Shown here piece by piece: positions 1 to 14,396 of a DNA stretch of 64,000 bases. Within the stretch, counting starts at the first letter, position 1. Each line of letters opens with the position of its first letter. The stretch is from Octopus vulgaris (lineage: Eukaryota): assembly GCA_951406725.2 (NCBI GenBank), contig OX597839.1, positions 18,972,001 to 19,036,000 of the forward strand, written 5' to 3'. The notes beneath the pieces were generated by a model. The model had not been told where the DNA came from. It did not search any database and saw only the letters and a list, made by a program, of their open reading frames with translations. A program made the position numbers and the translations under genes.

Positions 1-591
1 TCGGCCATTACCTTTTCTGTTCATAACGTCAGTGGCGTGGAGATATGCATGGGTGACTGCTGGTCTTCCATGAACAACCTTGCCTGGACTTCATTCTTGG
101 AAGGGAACTTTCTAGGTGCAATCCCATGGTCATTCATGACTGAACGGGTTCTTTGCCTTTTATAATTACTTCATAGAAATCATAAAGCATAAACGTAAAG
201 TATATTGAGATTCAAATAACTATACTGCTTTGTACTATTATTGACGCTAGTGTATATAAGTAATTTATCTATTAATGAGTATAATGAAGTTAAAATATTA
301 TATAACTCTAAAGGTGTTATGCAAGCAGGAAGGGACATACTCTTCCAGTTGATGTAAAGTAAGATCTCGGTTGACTTTAAATAACAGATATAGTTGGATA
401 GAGATGGTGTCGTTCTTCGACTTAGGGATTCTGAATGTGCATGTTGGATGAATCTATGTAAGAAAAGGAGACAGAATTAATGTTGATAATGATGTATTCC
501 CTTTCAAAATGGCAGTGTAATATAAGGGAGACTTGACTGCTCTTTCTCCATGATTGAGTGACGCATAGGGTCTCTCATTTTAGATCACCGT

Positions 592-594
592 ATG

Positions 595-666
<72 letters not shown>

Positions 667-757
667 CATATACATATATATATACATATACATATATATA
701 TACATATACATATATATATACATATACATATATATATACATATACATATATATATAC

Positions 758-810
<53 letters not shown>

Positions 811-835
811 GATATATATACATATATATATATAT
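592..835. repeat. (TA)n / (TACATA) microsatellite
   Basis: Pure and interrupted TA dinucleotide run, read directly. Confidence 0.95.
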
Positions 836-1227
836 TATTCTTTTATTTGTTTCAGCCATTTGGCTGTGGCCATGCTGAAGCACCGCCTTTAGTCGAGTAA
901 ATCGACCCCAGGACTTATTCTTTGTAGTCCTATTCTATCGGTCTCTTTTGCTGAACCGCTAAGTTACGGGGACGTAAATACACTAGCATCGGATGTCAAG
1001 CGATTTTGAGGGGACAGACACAGACACGCAAACACACAAATATATATATACATATACATATATCTGACGGGCTTATTTAAGTTTCCGTCTACCAAATCCA
1101 CTCACAACGCTTTGTTCGGCCCGAGGCTATAGTAGAAGACACTTGCCCAAAGTGCCAAGCAGTGGGATTGAACCCGGAACCATGTGGTTGGTAAGCAAGC
1201 TACTTACCACACAGCCACTCATGCGCC
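836..1227 (-). mobile_element. tRNA-derived SINE, family A (octopus-type)
   Basis: Minus strand reads GGCGCATGAGTGGCTGTGTGGTAAG (A-box-like) ... GGGTTCAATCCC (B-box-like), then a body and tail shared with about 10 other copies in this window. Confidence 0.85.
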
Positions 1228-1230
1228 CGC

Positions 1231-1274
<44 letters not shown>

Positions 1275-1567
1275 CGATGAAGTTTAGTAAAAATACTATT
1301 TTATTATCATATTATTATAATATTATATTTACATTATTTTCATAGATTTCTACATTTAGTGGGAACAAGTTCGTATTGACAAAATCAAGAATAATATTCT
1401 TCACTAGTTAATGACGAATGAAGGATAGATGGTTGGTATGTGTGTTTATATATGGAAATATGTATTTCCTGTCGACTGAAGAACAACAAGAATAAAATAA
1501 ATAAAATTATACACGCATGGCAGATCGATATTAATGTAAACAAGCATGCACGCACATATATATATGA

Positions 1568-1612
<45 letters not shown>

Positions 1613-1873
1613 CACACACACATATATATATATACATACATATATATATATATATACATGCATATATTCATACATTTATTTATTTATATATGTACGTACA
1701 CCCGTCTCTCCCTTTCCCTATATATATATATATATATAGAGAGAGAGATGGGTATAAATATATATATGCATATATATATAGAGAGAGAGATAAATGAGTA
1801 TATATATACATATATAGATGAGTATACATATACATATATATATAGATGAGTGTATATATATAGAGAGAGATGA

Positions 1874-1923
<50 letters not shown>

Positions 1924-2544
1924 ACACACACATTTCTGTACTTGTATGTTTTTTTGATATCTAGATACACACGTATACGAGTGTGTGCTTGTGTCTGTGT
2001 GGATGCAAACACACACACATACCCACACACATATACGTATGTTTGTACGCCTGTGTATATATTTCTACATTCCTGTATGTATGCACGCGCGTTTTCATGC
2101 TTGTGTGTATACCTTTAAAGAACCTCCCTATCACTTTAACAGCTTCCAAAAAATACTACCGTGTCGTCGATATATAATGTTGTGCAGGAACCGATCTGCT
2201 TTTCAATATGGCTTGCAGAGATTAGAGCAATGGGCAAGGCATGTCGATATTCTTGAAACCACGTGAATAAATGGATGATATTATCAATAAGAAATAGAAA
2301 CTTAGAAATAAATATTAATCATCGCCATATTTTACATGGCTGACGTCAGTGTTTCTTTGTCTGGCTTACATATCTCGCTGGCTCGCTTTTTGCTTCTCCC
2401 TTTTTTTTTCCTCCTCTGTCATTTTTCTTTCTGTTTTTCCTCGTCGATATTTATGTACCTACTGGAGTGCGTGTATGTGTGTGGGTGCGTGCTCGCTCGC
2501 GTTTGAATCTGCATTTGTGTGTGTGTGTGTGTGTGTGGAGGGGG

Positions 2545-2575
<31 letters not shown>

Positions 2576-2599
2576 GTGCACATACACATAAACAAAAAT

Positions 2600-2635
<36 letters not shown>

Positions 2636-2719
2636 GAATTGGTACATGCACACTCACAAATATGTTCGTATGTGTACCACTAGCATATCTATGTCACAAC
2701 ACAGAGACACATGTATGTA

Positions 2720-4027
<1,308 letters not shown>

Positions 4028-4165
4028 CTGTGTTCCTTTGTGTGGGAGAGCGTAGGCTTGAAACGTTAAAGACTTTTTCACTTCCCGGGCGTTATGCTAA
4101 TACATCTGTTTGTTGTCTACACCACCTGTCTTCGTCTTCTGTTTTTTTTTTGTGAATTCTCTCTA
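4028..4165 (+). mobile_element. Short Penelope-type terminal (pLTR-like) fragment with degenerate hammerhead-like motif
   Basis: CTTT-GTGTGGG-A-GAGC gtag GCTT-GAAACGTT-AAAG at 4036-4071. The downstream sequence matches the reverse complement of 12598-12720. Flanked by TA repeats. Confidence 0.5.
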
Positions 4166-5309
4166 TATATAAATACACACACACACACACACACACACGT
4201 AAATCTGTTATCTGTCCCTGTATAAACGCATACATTCCTACATACATGCTTGTATATATTTGTGTCCACGTATATGTTAATATGTAAGGTTGTATGTACG
4301 TATGTTTGTGTTTTTGCGTAAATGCGGTAGAAGGTGCTACTCAGTTCTTGATGTAGAGAATATTTACTTAAACACCATCAATGAATTCACTACATCCTCA
4401 TATAAATTTTTTACACAGTCAAACACGTGAGGTATTCGACTACGATTATTGATATCATGATTTTGAAAAACGAAGGAATGTGCTAGATGAACCCATGCAC
4501 TTTTAATACTGTTTCGCTTTGGTTAATTTGAAGCATTTATTGGAACTTTTGTTGGCCTTTAAACTCTCTTCTATTTGCCAATCATAGAGAGATGAAATGC
4601 AGGGTTTTGAGCTTCAAGGGCAGTAACTCACCCTGTCACAATCTGATTTTTCATCGCGACTTTTCGAACCAAGCTCATTGTGTTATGACACCGAGTTTCT
4701 TAAAAGTTGGGAAATTTTCATCGAGAAATTACCAATGTTGATGACATTTGGACAATATTTGAGATTTCTGGATAAGGAGATAAAGTTTGCTTCAATTTCT
4801 GGAGTTTCTCAGACGTGCAGAGTTACTGTGCCATGCTTCCAATAATGTATGTTTCAGGCCTATCAATTATGTTCCATGTTATTAGAAGGCCTATCAATTC
4901 CTGATCCCTCAGTCTGCAAACTGATTATGATGGAGGTAGACAGTTACATATTGTTTGACAGTTGTGCTCTTTGATCTTGGAAGCAATGTTATCCTGTCAT
5001 GATTAACTGACCTTTACGTTGTGTGAGTTACCGAACTTATGATACTTGTGTGTGGGTGAGAAACGTTGTTTCTCTGCAGGCGATGTAATAACTCAATTTT
5101 TTTTATTACCTAATCCTTCTTGCCCAGATTTTCAGCCGCTTGGAATCCCCTTCCTTCGCTCCCATCTACATTTTTATGCATTTATCGACAGCTCGATATG
5201 TATATCAAGCACATCAATCTCTCCCTATCTAGGGGAGCTTGCAAGGGTCACGGGTGGTATCTGCTTCTTCCTGACTGAACCATTAAATGATAATTTCAGC
5301 ATTCCCTCG

Positions 5310-5580
5310 AGCCATCCGTCCATTCATACATGTACACAACCAACCATCCATGCATCCATCCATTCATTCACCCATCCGTGCACACATCCATCTATGTCCA
5401 CACACCCATATACCCATCCATCCATCCATTCATTCACCCAACCGTGCACACATCCATTTATGTCCACATACCCATATACCCATCCATCCATCCATCCATC
5501 CATTCACCCATCCGTGCACACATCCATCCATATACACCCATCCATCCATCCGTCCATCCATCCATCCATCCATTCACCTA
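5310..5580. repeat. (CCAT)n-derived tetranucleotide repeat
   Basis: Repeated ccat/catc units. Confidence 0.9.
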
Positions 5581-6222
5581 AGCAAAAATCGATTCAGCCC
5601 CTCAGTTATTACTTTTTTTTAATTTGTTTTTATTCGAAAATTCTTCTTCGAATTCTTCCCTTCATCGGTATCTCCCCCTTCTCTCCTCTCTCTCACTCTC
5701 CCTCCCACTATTCAACACCTCCCCCTTCGCCATAAACCTCGTCTTTATTGCTTACGAAATACGGAAGTACCACCTCCACTTCACACTGCCTCCTACTCCT
5801 TCCCCTGCATTACTGAATTCTCCTCCTCCCGCTCCTTTTCTTTCTGCTGTTGCTGTTTCTTGTTTCTCCTCCACCTCTTCCTCTATCTACCTCCACCTCT
5901 ATTTATTCCACGAATTCCATCAACCTGTACCTCCATTCCTCTCCCAACCAACACCCCTCTCTCTGTCTCGCTATGTCTCACATTTTCTTCTTCTTCTTCT
6001 TCTCCTCCTCCTCCTTATACTACTCCTCTGCTCTTACCTAACCGGAAACACAGTTCATCGATCAATGTAAACGTCAACACCCCCCCCCCCCACACCAGCA
6101 GACTCAAACCACCACCAATGCCACCACCACCATTATCATCATCATCATCATAATAGCCATCACCGTCACGGATGACCAGTACCATTTTAACCAACTATAA
6201 CACTCATAACCATGACCCACCC

Positions 6223-6254
<32 letters not shown>

Positions 6255-6599
6255 CCACCAATGCTGCCACCGCCATCACCACCATTACCATGACCAGCAT
6301 GAATACCATCACAGCTCTATCTGCTATCACCCAGTAGCGACGTACATCAACCAATGACCACTACCACCACCATCTCTACTACAACCGCTACCATCACTAC
6401 TATACTACAAGTACCACCACCACCACCACCACCACCACCACCACCACCATTCCGCTGCTGCTGTTACTACTACTACTACTAGTATCACCACCACCACCAC
6501 CACAACTACTACTACTAATAATAATATCACCACCACCAGCACTACTACTACTAGCTACTACTACTACTACTAAGGCGAGTTAAAAAAACGCGAACGCAT

Positions 6600-6860
6600 C
6601 GGAACCAGTAACCAATGGGGGATCGTCCACATGATCGTCTGATTTGCTAGAAACAGTAGTTAAATCTGAAATCTTCCTCAATACAGATTCGTCCGGCTTA
6701 GAAAAGAGATGTTGGATAGTACAGTTCTGGCTCCTGTACACTTCGGAATTGCGATGGGTTGGCCATGACTGGAATGTCTTTGATCTCAGGTTTGATCAGG
6801 TCGGTGAGGTGGAGAGTGGGGGTGGGATAGGTTGGGTTGTATCTTGGGGGGTTAAAGAAC
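6600..6860 (+). mobile_element. Degenerate SINE-like repeat, family E
   Basis: Blocks TTGCTAGAAA.., GGAATGTCTTTG and GGGGTTAAA recur inverted at 8505-8710 and weakly at 58830-59020. Confidence 0.5.
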
Positions 6861-7596
6861 ACCGTCGCGATCGTATCGCCGAGCTTAGCAGCTGCCTCTG
6901 CACCACCGCCTCCAACACCACGATCAGAATGACTATTGAGGCCAGCAGTGGCTTCGATAACAATACTCCGTCCCCACCAGCGCCAGACCATTACTATGGC
7001 CACCACCACCAACACCACCACTACCAAAACGACGATGACGACTATTGCAACTCAACCTCTTTTACTATCAATAACACTTCATAAGTTCTGCCCCGGCACC
7101 ATCAACGTTTCGCAACATTCGCCACGCCACGCCACTCCACACCATGACCACCACCACAACCACCAACAACAATCACTTCAACCAAGTGCCACTATCACTA
7201 CCACCACCACCATCACCACCACTATCACTGCCACCATCACCATCATAACATTCGCGACTACCATCACCACCGGTACCACCACCATAACCACCGCAATCAT
7301 CACTACCACAGCCACCACTATCACCACCACCATCACCATCATAACCACTACCACCACCACCACGATCTCTATCACTGCCATCATCACCATCACAATTACC
7401 ACCACCACCGCTATCATTGCCATCACCGCCACCACCACCACCACCACCACCGACACCATAATCGCCACCACCATCACCTCCCCATCAAAATTTTTACATA
7501 ACAAATCAAGTCCCGAACATTGCAATTAATTCAACAAAATAGAAAACCGTTGCTATGACGACGATCAGGAGACCATTGATTTTTTTTTTATTTCTC

Positions 7597-7636
<40 letters not shown>

Positions 7637-8504
7637 TTTCTTTCGGGTCTCGATTTAGCTTAGAGGACATTCGGACTAGGTGAGGGGGAGGCGTGGAGGA
7701 TGTCGGGTGGTGGTCTGGCGATGGTTTTAATGGTTATGGTGACGGCGGGGGTGGAGGTGTGAGAGAGAGAGAGAGAAAGTAAGAGAGGGAGGAAGGAAAG
7801 CGATATGGTGGTGGTGGTGGTGGTGGTGGCGGTGGCAGTGAACTTGGAGGAGGTGTGATGGGGGATGCTGCAGTTGGGTTTTGGGTGGTTTATAACGTTT
7901 CTCTGGCGGGGATGGTTGCGGTGGTGGTGGGGATAATAGTGGTGGTGGTGGTGGTTGTAGTGAAGGTGATGATGGTAGTTGTGTTAGTGGTGGTGTTAGT
8001 GGTTGAGGTAGTGGTGGTGATGATGGTAGTTGTGTTAGTGGTGGTGTTAGTGGTTGAGGTAGTGGTGGTGATGATGGTGGGGATGGTGGTGGTTGTGTTA
8101 GTGGTGGTGGTGGTTCTAGTGGTTGAGGTAGTGGTGGTGATGGTGGTGGTTGTGTTAGTGGTGGTTGTGGTGTTGATGATAGTGGTGATGGTGGCGGTGG
8201 TGGTAGTTGTGTTAGTGGGTGTGCTGGTGGTGGCGATGGTCGTGGTGTTGGTGATAGTGGTGATGGTGGAGGGATGGTAATGCTAGTTGTGTTGTTGGTG
8301 GTGGTGGTGGTGTTAGTGGTTGAGGTGGTGTTGGTGATGGTGGTGGTGATAGACGTGAGGGTGTTGGTGATGGTGATGATGATGGTAGTTGTGTTGGTGA
8401 TTATTGTGGTGGTGGTAGCGGTGGCGATGTTGGAGGTGAGCGTTTATATCAATGAAACGTAAATGCTAGTCATCGTCGTCGTCATTATCGCTGCTGCTGT
8501 TGCT

Positions 8505-8710
8505 GTTGTTGTTGTTGTTTAACCCCAGGTCAGCCCCCGACCGAGCCAGCTCAACTTATAATAACCAAAGACATTCCATCTCACACCATTCCGTCTTTTT
8601 CCTACCTAAAACGAAACACGTTTTCTCATACGATGAGCGTAGATTGAGAGCGATCTGGCTGTTATTTTTAGCAATGTTGAACGACCTCAGCCAAGACCTC
8701 TCATTGGCTA
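8505..8710 (-). mobile_element. Degenerate SINE-like repeat, family E (inverted relative to 6600-6860)
   Basis: Reverse complement contains TTGCTAAAAATAACAGCC, GGAATGTCTTTG and GGGGTTAAACAACAAC. Confidence 0.5.
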
Positions 8711-9065
8711 CTTTTAGTGTTCGTTCGCATTTGGCGTCGTCGTCGCCGTCGTGGTCGCCTTCGTTGCTGTCGTCGCCTTCGTCGGTGGCGGCGGTCGCGG
8801 TCGCGGTTGTGGCTGTGGTGCCATAGAATGAAAGCAATAGTAGCCACGATAGTATAGGCAGCAGAAGCGGGGTGGCGCTGTTATCATAAAGAAGTTCTCA
8901 AGTATGGGCATCGGTGGAAGTAGAATGGACAGTAATAACAGCGTTATTGTCGTCGTTGTTTCATAGGCGGCGCTGCTGGAGTTTTGTGTAATGGGCTAAT
9001 GGCGAATCTTGCGTTCTTGCTGGGTTTTTGCATCAACGACGTAGGTGTTGTGGATGTTGCTCCTG

Positions 9066-9100
<35 letters not shown>

Positions 9101-9650
9101 GATAGTAGTAGTGGTGGTGGTAGTAGTAGCGTTGGTGGTAGTAGTAGTAATAGTAGTAATGGTGGTGGTGGTAGTAGTAGCAGTGGTGGTAGTAGTAGTG
9201 GTGGTGGTAGTAGTGGTAATAGTAGTGATAGTAGTCGTAGTGGTGATAGTAGTAGTAGTAGGGGTAATAGTAGTAATGGTGGTGGTGGTAGTAGTAGTAG
9301 TAGTGGTGGTGGTGGTAGTAGTAGTAGTAGTAGTTGTTGTAGTGGTGGCGGTGGTTTGTAGTGGCAATTGTATGCTGGCTAAAATGGCGAGAGGTTTATG
9401 GTGTGTAGAAGTTTGACGTATGGTGTATATATTTGTGTGTTAGTAAGAGGCGAGTATATATATATATGTGCGTGCGTGTGTGTGTGTGAGTGTATATGCG
9501 AGTGCGTATATATATGTATATGTATTGGAGTGTGTGTCGGGGGAGGGGACGAATGATTGTTGAAGAATGTGAAGATAATGTGAGGCAGGTAGTGGAGAGA
9601 AAGGTAGGTGTGGAGGTAGATCGAAATGAGCGAATGGCGGAGAAATTCCC

Positions 9651-9686
<36 letters not shown>

Positions 9687-10712
9687 GAAGAAAGAAATAG
9701 AGAAAGAAAGAGGAGTCAATGTTCCGATTGCATCCGGGCGGTCATTTGGCCGACGACATAAAAACCGCAAAATTTCCAACTTTACACTGGTTTTAAAATG
9801 GCCGACAAATGGTGGTGGGGAACGTGGTGGAGTAGTTAGAGATGCTTGGTGAAGAGATTGGTTAGAGATGCAGGCGGCTTTTGTTATGGAGGTGTTTGTA
9901 GGGAATAGGTGTGCCGATGATGAGGGTGGTGATGAGGGAGAGTAAGTGGATGAAGAAGAAGAGGAAGGTGAGAGGGAAGTGGAAAAACAGAAGGAAAGAA
10001 GCCGAAGTAGGGGAAGAGGAAAGGGAGTAGAAAGAGGAGGAAGTCGAGGAGGAGGGAGAAGGGGAGAATGAAGAGGAGGAAGAAGGGAAGGCTGCCGATA
10101 AAGAAAAGAATGAGAAAGAAGTGGAGTCAGTCGAAATGGAGGAAGAGGAGGTAAAGGAGGAAGTTTGAGGAGACGATGGGGTAAGGTGGTAGGGGAGGAG
10201 GCTGAGGAATGGGAGGAGGACGAAGCGGAGGAGGAGAAGGGGAGAAGGGGGTAAAGAGAAAGAGGAAGAAGAAAAGAAGTTAAGGAGGAAGAGGAGGACG
10301 TGAAAGATGAGGAAGTAAAGAAGGATGAGTAGGTGGAGGAAGAATAATGGCAGGGGTGAAGGAAAAAGAGGAGAAGAGCAAAAGAGACTGAGGGGGAAGC
10401 TGAAGAAGAAGGAATGATGTTTTAGTATCGATAAAATAGATATATTTTATATAGGGAGGCAATCTGGCAAAAAGATGAAGTACGAGTGAAATACTGGGGT
10501 CAATGTAATCAACTCTTCCCCAAATTTTAGGTCTTGCAGAAAGCATTATTATTATTATTATCAAATTCAGCCAAGGCGACTTTGCCGCTCATCCTTACGG
10601 GGTCAATAAATTAAGTACCAGTTGAGTACGGGGGTCGATGTGAACGATTGTTCCCCTCCCCAACAATTCTGTTCTTGTGCCTAAAGTAGAACGTCTTTTT
10701 TATTATTATTAT

Positions 10713-11207
10713 TGAGTGAGAGAGCAGTGCATGCCATCAAAGTGACACTGGGGTAAAATATATGAAGCCCAGTATACCCATCATTACTACCCGTCTGATA
10801 TGGGTACACTAGGCACATGCATCACAACCAAATGTGCGCGACATGGTGATCTCATATCAAGATAAACGGCACATGACCTTGCAGGTGGGGCACAGTTAGA
10901 ATTTTCTTCTGGTCGAGTAACCCATCCTGCTCAAAAGGTCCCCGAATAAGGGTTGTTTAAGGATGTTGAACGAAACACCCATAATTCCAGAGGTGAATTA
11001 TTCAAACCTCAAAGAATCCCTCTCAACACATGGCTATGATGCTCCCCCACTACTGCTCGTGATCAGAGATGCACATATCTTCAACCACTAAGGGACATGC
11101 TCAATTGGTTAAGGTCAAACAATTAACAGGCAAATATGTGGTATTAAGCAGAATATTTGCTGTAGCCCATCTTTTATTCTAAGACAAAACAATGTACATG
11201 ATAACAC

Positions 11208-11245
<38 letters not shown>

Positions 11246-12240
11246 GAGTGAGGGAGCAACGTATGCCATCAACATGACACTGGGGTACAAATGTATGGAA
11301 ACCCAATATACCCATCATGACTACCCGTCTGATAAGGGCACACCAGGCACATGCATCAAAACCATATGTGCACGACATGGTGATCTCATATCAAGATAAA
11401 CAGCGCATGACCTCGCAAGTGGGGCTTAGTTAGAATTTTCTTCATCCCGCTCAAAAGGTCCCTGAATAAGGGTTGTTTAAGGATGTTGGACAAAACACGC
11501 ATGTTTCCAGAGGTGAATCATCGAAACTCCAAAGAATTCCTCTCAACACATGGCTATGATGCTCCCCCACTACTTCTGCTCGTGATCAGAGATGCACATA
11601 TCGTCAGCTAATAAGGGAGATGCTCAACTGGTTATGGTCTAACAACTGACAAGTAAATCCGTAGTATTCAGCAGAATATTTGCTGTGGCCCATCTTTTAT
11701 ACCAAGACAAAACAATGTACATGATAACACTTTATTATTATTATTATTATTATTACTGAGTGAGAGAGCAGTGCATGCCATCAAAGTGACACTGGGGTAA
11801 AATATACGAAGCCCAATATACCCATCATGACTACCCGTCTGATAAGGGCACACCAGGCACATGCATCACAACCATATGTGCGCGACATGGTGACCTCATA
11901 TCAAGATAAACAGCGCATGACCTCACAGGTAGGGCTTAGTTAGAATTTTCTTCATCCCGCTCAAAAGGTCCCTGAATAAGGGCTGTTTAAGGATGTTGGA
12001 GAAAACACCCATGTTTCTAGAGGTGAATTATCGATGCGCCAAAGAATTCCTCTCAACACATGGCTACGATGCTCCCCCACTACTTCTGCTCATGATCAGA
12101 GATGCATATATCGTCAGCTCAAGTGGTTAAAGTCAAACAACTGACAAGCAAATCCGTGGTACTGAGCAGAATACTTGCTGTGGCCCATCTTTTATACCAA
12201 GACAAAACAGTGCACATAACACTTCCAATCAGTTAAGATT
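10713..12240 (-). mobile_element. Three tandem ~500-bp copies of a retroposon 3' region ending in (TAA)n (family C)
   Basis: Copies at about 10713-11209, 11245-11732 and 11757-12240. Each starts TGAGTGAG(A/G)GAGCA on the + strand right after (TTA)n. A fourth copy lies at 40810-41200. Confidence 0.8.
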
Positions 12241-12320
12241 TACAACAACAACAACTACTACTACTACTACTACTACTACTGCTACTGCTACTACTACTAC
12301 TACTACTACCACTACTACTG

Positions 12321-12537
12321 GGCGGTGTTCTGGCAGAATCTTTAACACGCCGGGAGAAACGCTTAACGCTGTTTCATCCATCTTTATGTTCTGAGTTTAA
12401 ATTCCGCCGAGGTCGACTTTCCATTTCATTCTCTCAGGATCGATGAAATAAGTACTACTTACATACTGGGGTCGATGTAATCGACTAGTCCCTCCCCACC
12501 AACAAAATTTGTTGCCCTTGCACTAGAATGTGAAACC
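12321..12537 (+). mobile_element. tRNA-derived SINE, family B
   Basis: GGCGG..CTGGCAGAA head, GAGTTTAAATTCC B-box-like motif, GTCGACTTT..TTTCAT..GATGAAATAAGTAC central domain, (ATT)n tail. Confidence 0.75.
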
Positions 12538-12544
12538 ATTATTA

Positions 12545-12594
<50 letters not shown>

Positions 12595-12597
12595 TGT

Positions 12598-12790
12598 ACT
12601 AGGGAGTATTTACGAAAAAACAACAAAAGACGAAGACAGATGGTGTACAAAACAAACAGATGTATTAGTATAACGCTCAGGAATAGAAAAAGTCTTTTAC
12701 GTTTCGAGCCTACGCTCTTCTGCAAACATGGACACAGAAAAAAGGAGAGAAACAAGGAGAGAAAATATGTTTGTAGTGGCTAACGATTGG
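12598..12790 (-). mobile_element. Penelope-type terminal fragment with hammerhead-like motif
   Basis: Minus strand reads TTGCAGA-A-GAGC gtag GCTC-GAAACGTA-AAAGAC (12692-12725). Same family as 4028-4165. Confidence 0.5.
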
Positions 12791-13539
12791 TCGTAGCAGT
12801 AAGAATAGCAGCAGTACTAAGAGGTGATGAATAACTACGAATAGCAGTGATGATTATAAATTATCGACGACTTAAACTATTTAAATCTAACGTATTGCAA
12901 TTTTGATCCATCGAGTCAGCTTGTTAACAGATCAAAAGCGGTCGGAGATTAGAATACAAGATGCATGCTTAATTCCTTGTCGCCATTTGCAGTATTGGAC
13001 ATATTTATTTACTCATTAATTGCATTTTATACATCCGTGTCTGTGTCTATACTCATTACACTGTCTCCGAACAAATCCTACGTTAATGGGAATTTAATAG
13101 TTTGTGTGTATATGTATGTGTGTGTATGTGTCCATGTATATGTATATATAAATATATATGTCTGTATGTATATATATGTTCGTTTTATTATCCTTTCTAT
13201 ATATATACGTATATATATGTCAATATATAAGTCTCTATATAATATATATATTTATTCATAATATATATATATATATCTGTATATGTATATGCCTATACAT
13301 AATATATATGTCAATATATATAATATGTATATCAATATATGACTATACATAATAAGCATATATATATGTCGATATACCTTATATATATAGTATATATGGA
13401 GTAAATATAGAGTAATATACATAGAGTATATATATAGTAAATTATATATATACATAGTATTTATATATATATATATTGTATATATTATATATATATATAG
13501 TGAAATGTGTACTTACATATAAGAGAACAAAGTGTACGT

Positions 13540-13597
<58 letters not shown>

Positions 13598-13641
13598 AAA
13601 CAAGTCAAAAATAGAAAATGCTAAAATAATTTTATAGTGAA

Positions 13642-13689
13642 CATTTCAGTACCGGTTTCGGTCATTTTGAGACCTTTTCAACTGTAACG
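13642..13689 (-). ncRNA. Minimal type I hammerhead ribozyme (U3-A8 core variant)
   Basis: Minus strand: cgttaCAG-TTGAAAA-GGTC tcaaaat GACC-GAA-ACCGGT-A-CTGaaatg. Stem I CAG/CTG (extendable), stem II GGTC/GACC, palindromic stem III ACCGGT, GUA cleavage triplet. Lies in a PLE 3' end. Confidence 0.75.
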
Positions 13690-14396
13690 ATTAAATAATT
13701 AAATTTAGAAAAATTAGAAGAAAAGTTTTTTTAAAAGAATATTTCTATAGTAGTGTTCAGATTTAAGTGGCATTCTGCCTTTCTCTGACTCCCTTGTTTG
13801 CACTTGTGTGTCGGAGGTCGTTGTGAGTTCTTGGAAGGGTAGTAGAGGAAGAAGGCTGGTGGGGAAAGGGGGATGGGAGAATCTGGGAGTGCCCTGATGG
13901 TCGTATTTTGAATGGTCAGTGGCGGCTGGCAGTCTCAGTTCAATTCAGGAGAATATTTATATTGACAGGCTTGTTTATAGAATTAGCGTAGGTGTTATAC
14001 TAAAAAACATTAGTGACAAAGTTAAGGGGTAGGGGGTGGAGAAGTAGAAGAAGAAGAAGGAGAAGGAGAAGATGACGATGATGGTGGTGGTGGTGATGAT
14101 TATGACGACGATGATGATGATAATGATGATGATGAAGAAGAAGAAGAAGAAGAAGAAGGAGGAGAAGGAGAAGATGGTGGTGATGATGGTGGTGATGATG
14201 ATGACGACGATGATGATGATAATGATGATGATGAAGAAGAAGAGGAAGAAGAAGAAGAAGAAAAAAACAGAGAAGGGGGAATATGAATGGGTGTAAGTAT
14301 AGCTATGAAGGGGCTGATTAGTAATGGATTCTATGGAGTGTAATATTTGTGTGTGTATATATATATATTTTTCTTTTATTCTAAAGTTGAGGTATA

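Larger units (their letters stand above)
6080..9360. repeat. Trinucleotide low-complexity block (ACC/ACT/CAT on the left, GGT/AGT on the right)
   Basis: Read directly. Source of the poly-Thr, poly-Val and poly-His ORFs. Confidence 0.9.

Noticed and set aside
4560-5050. Possible ancient LINE reverse-transcriptase remnant (two AGGCCTATCAATT, RPI-like)
   Set aside because: Too many stops and frameshifts to support by eye.
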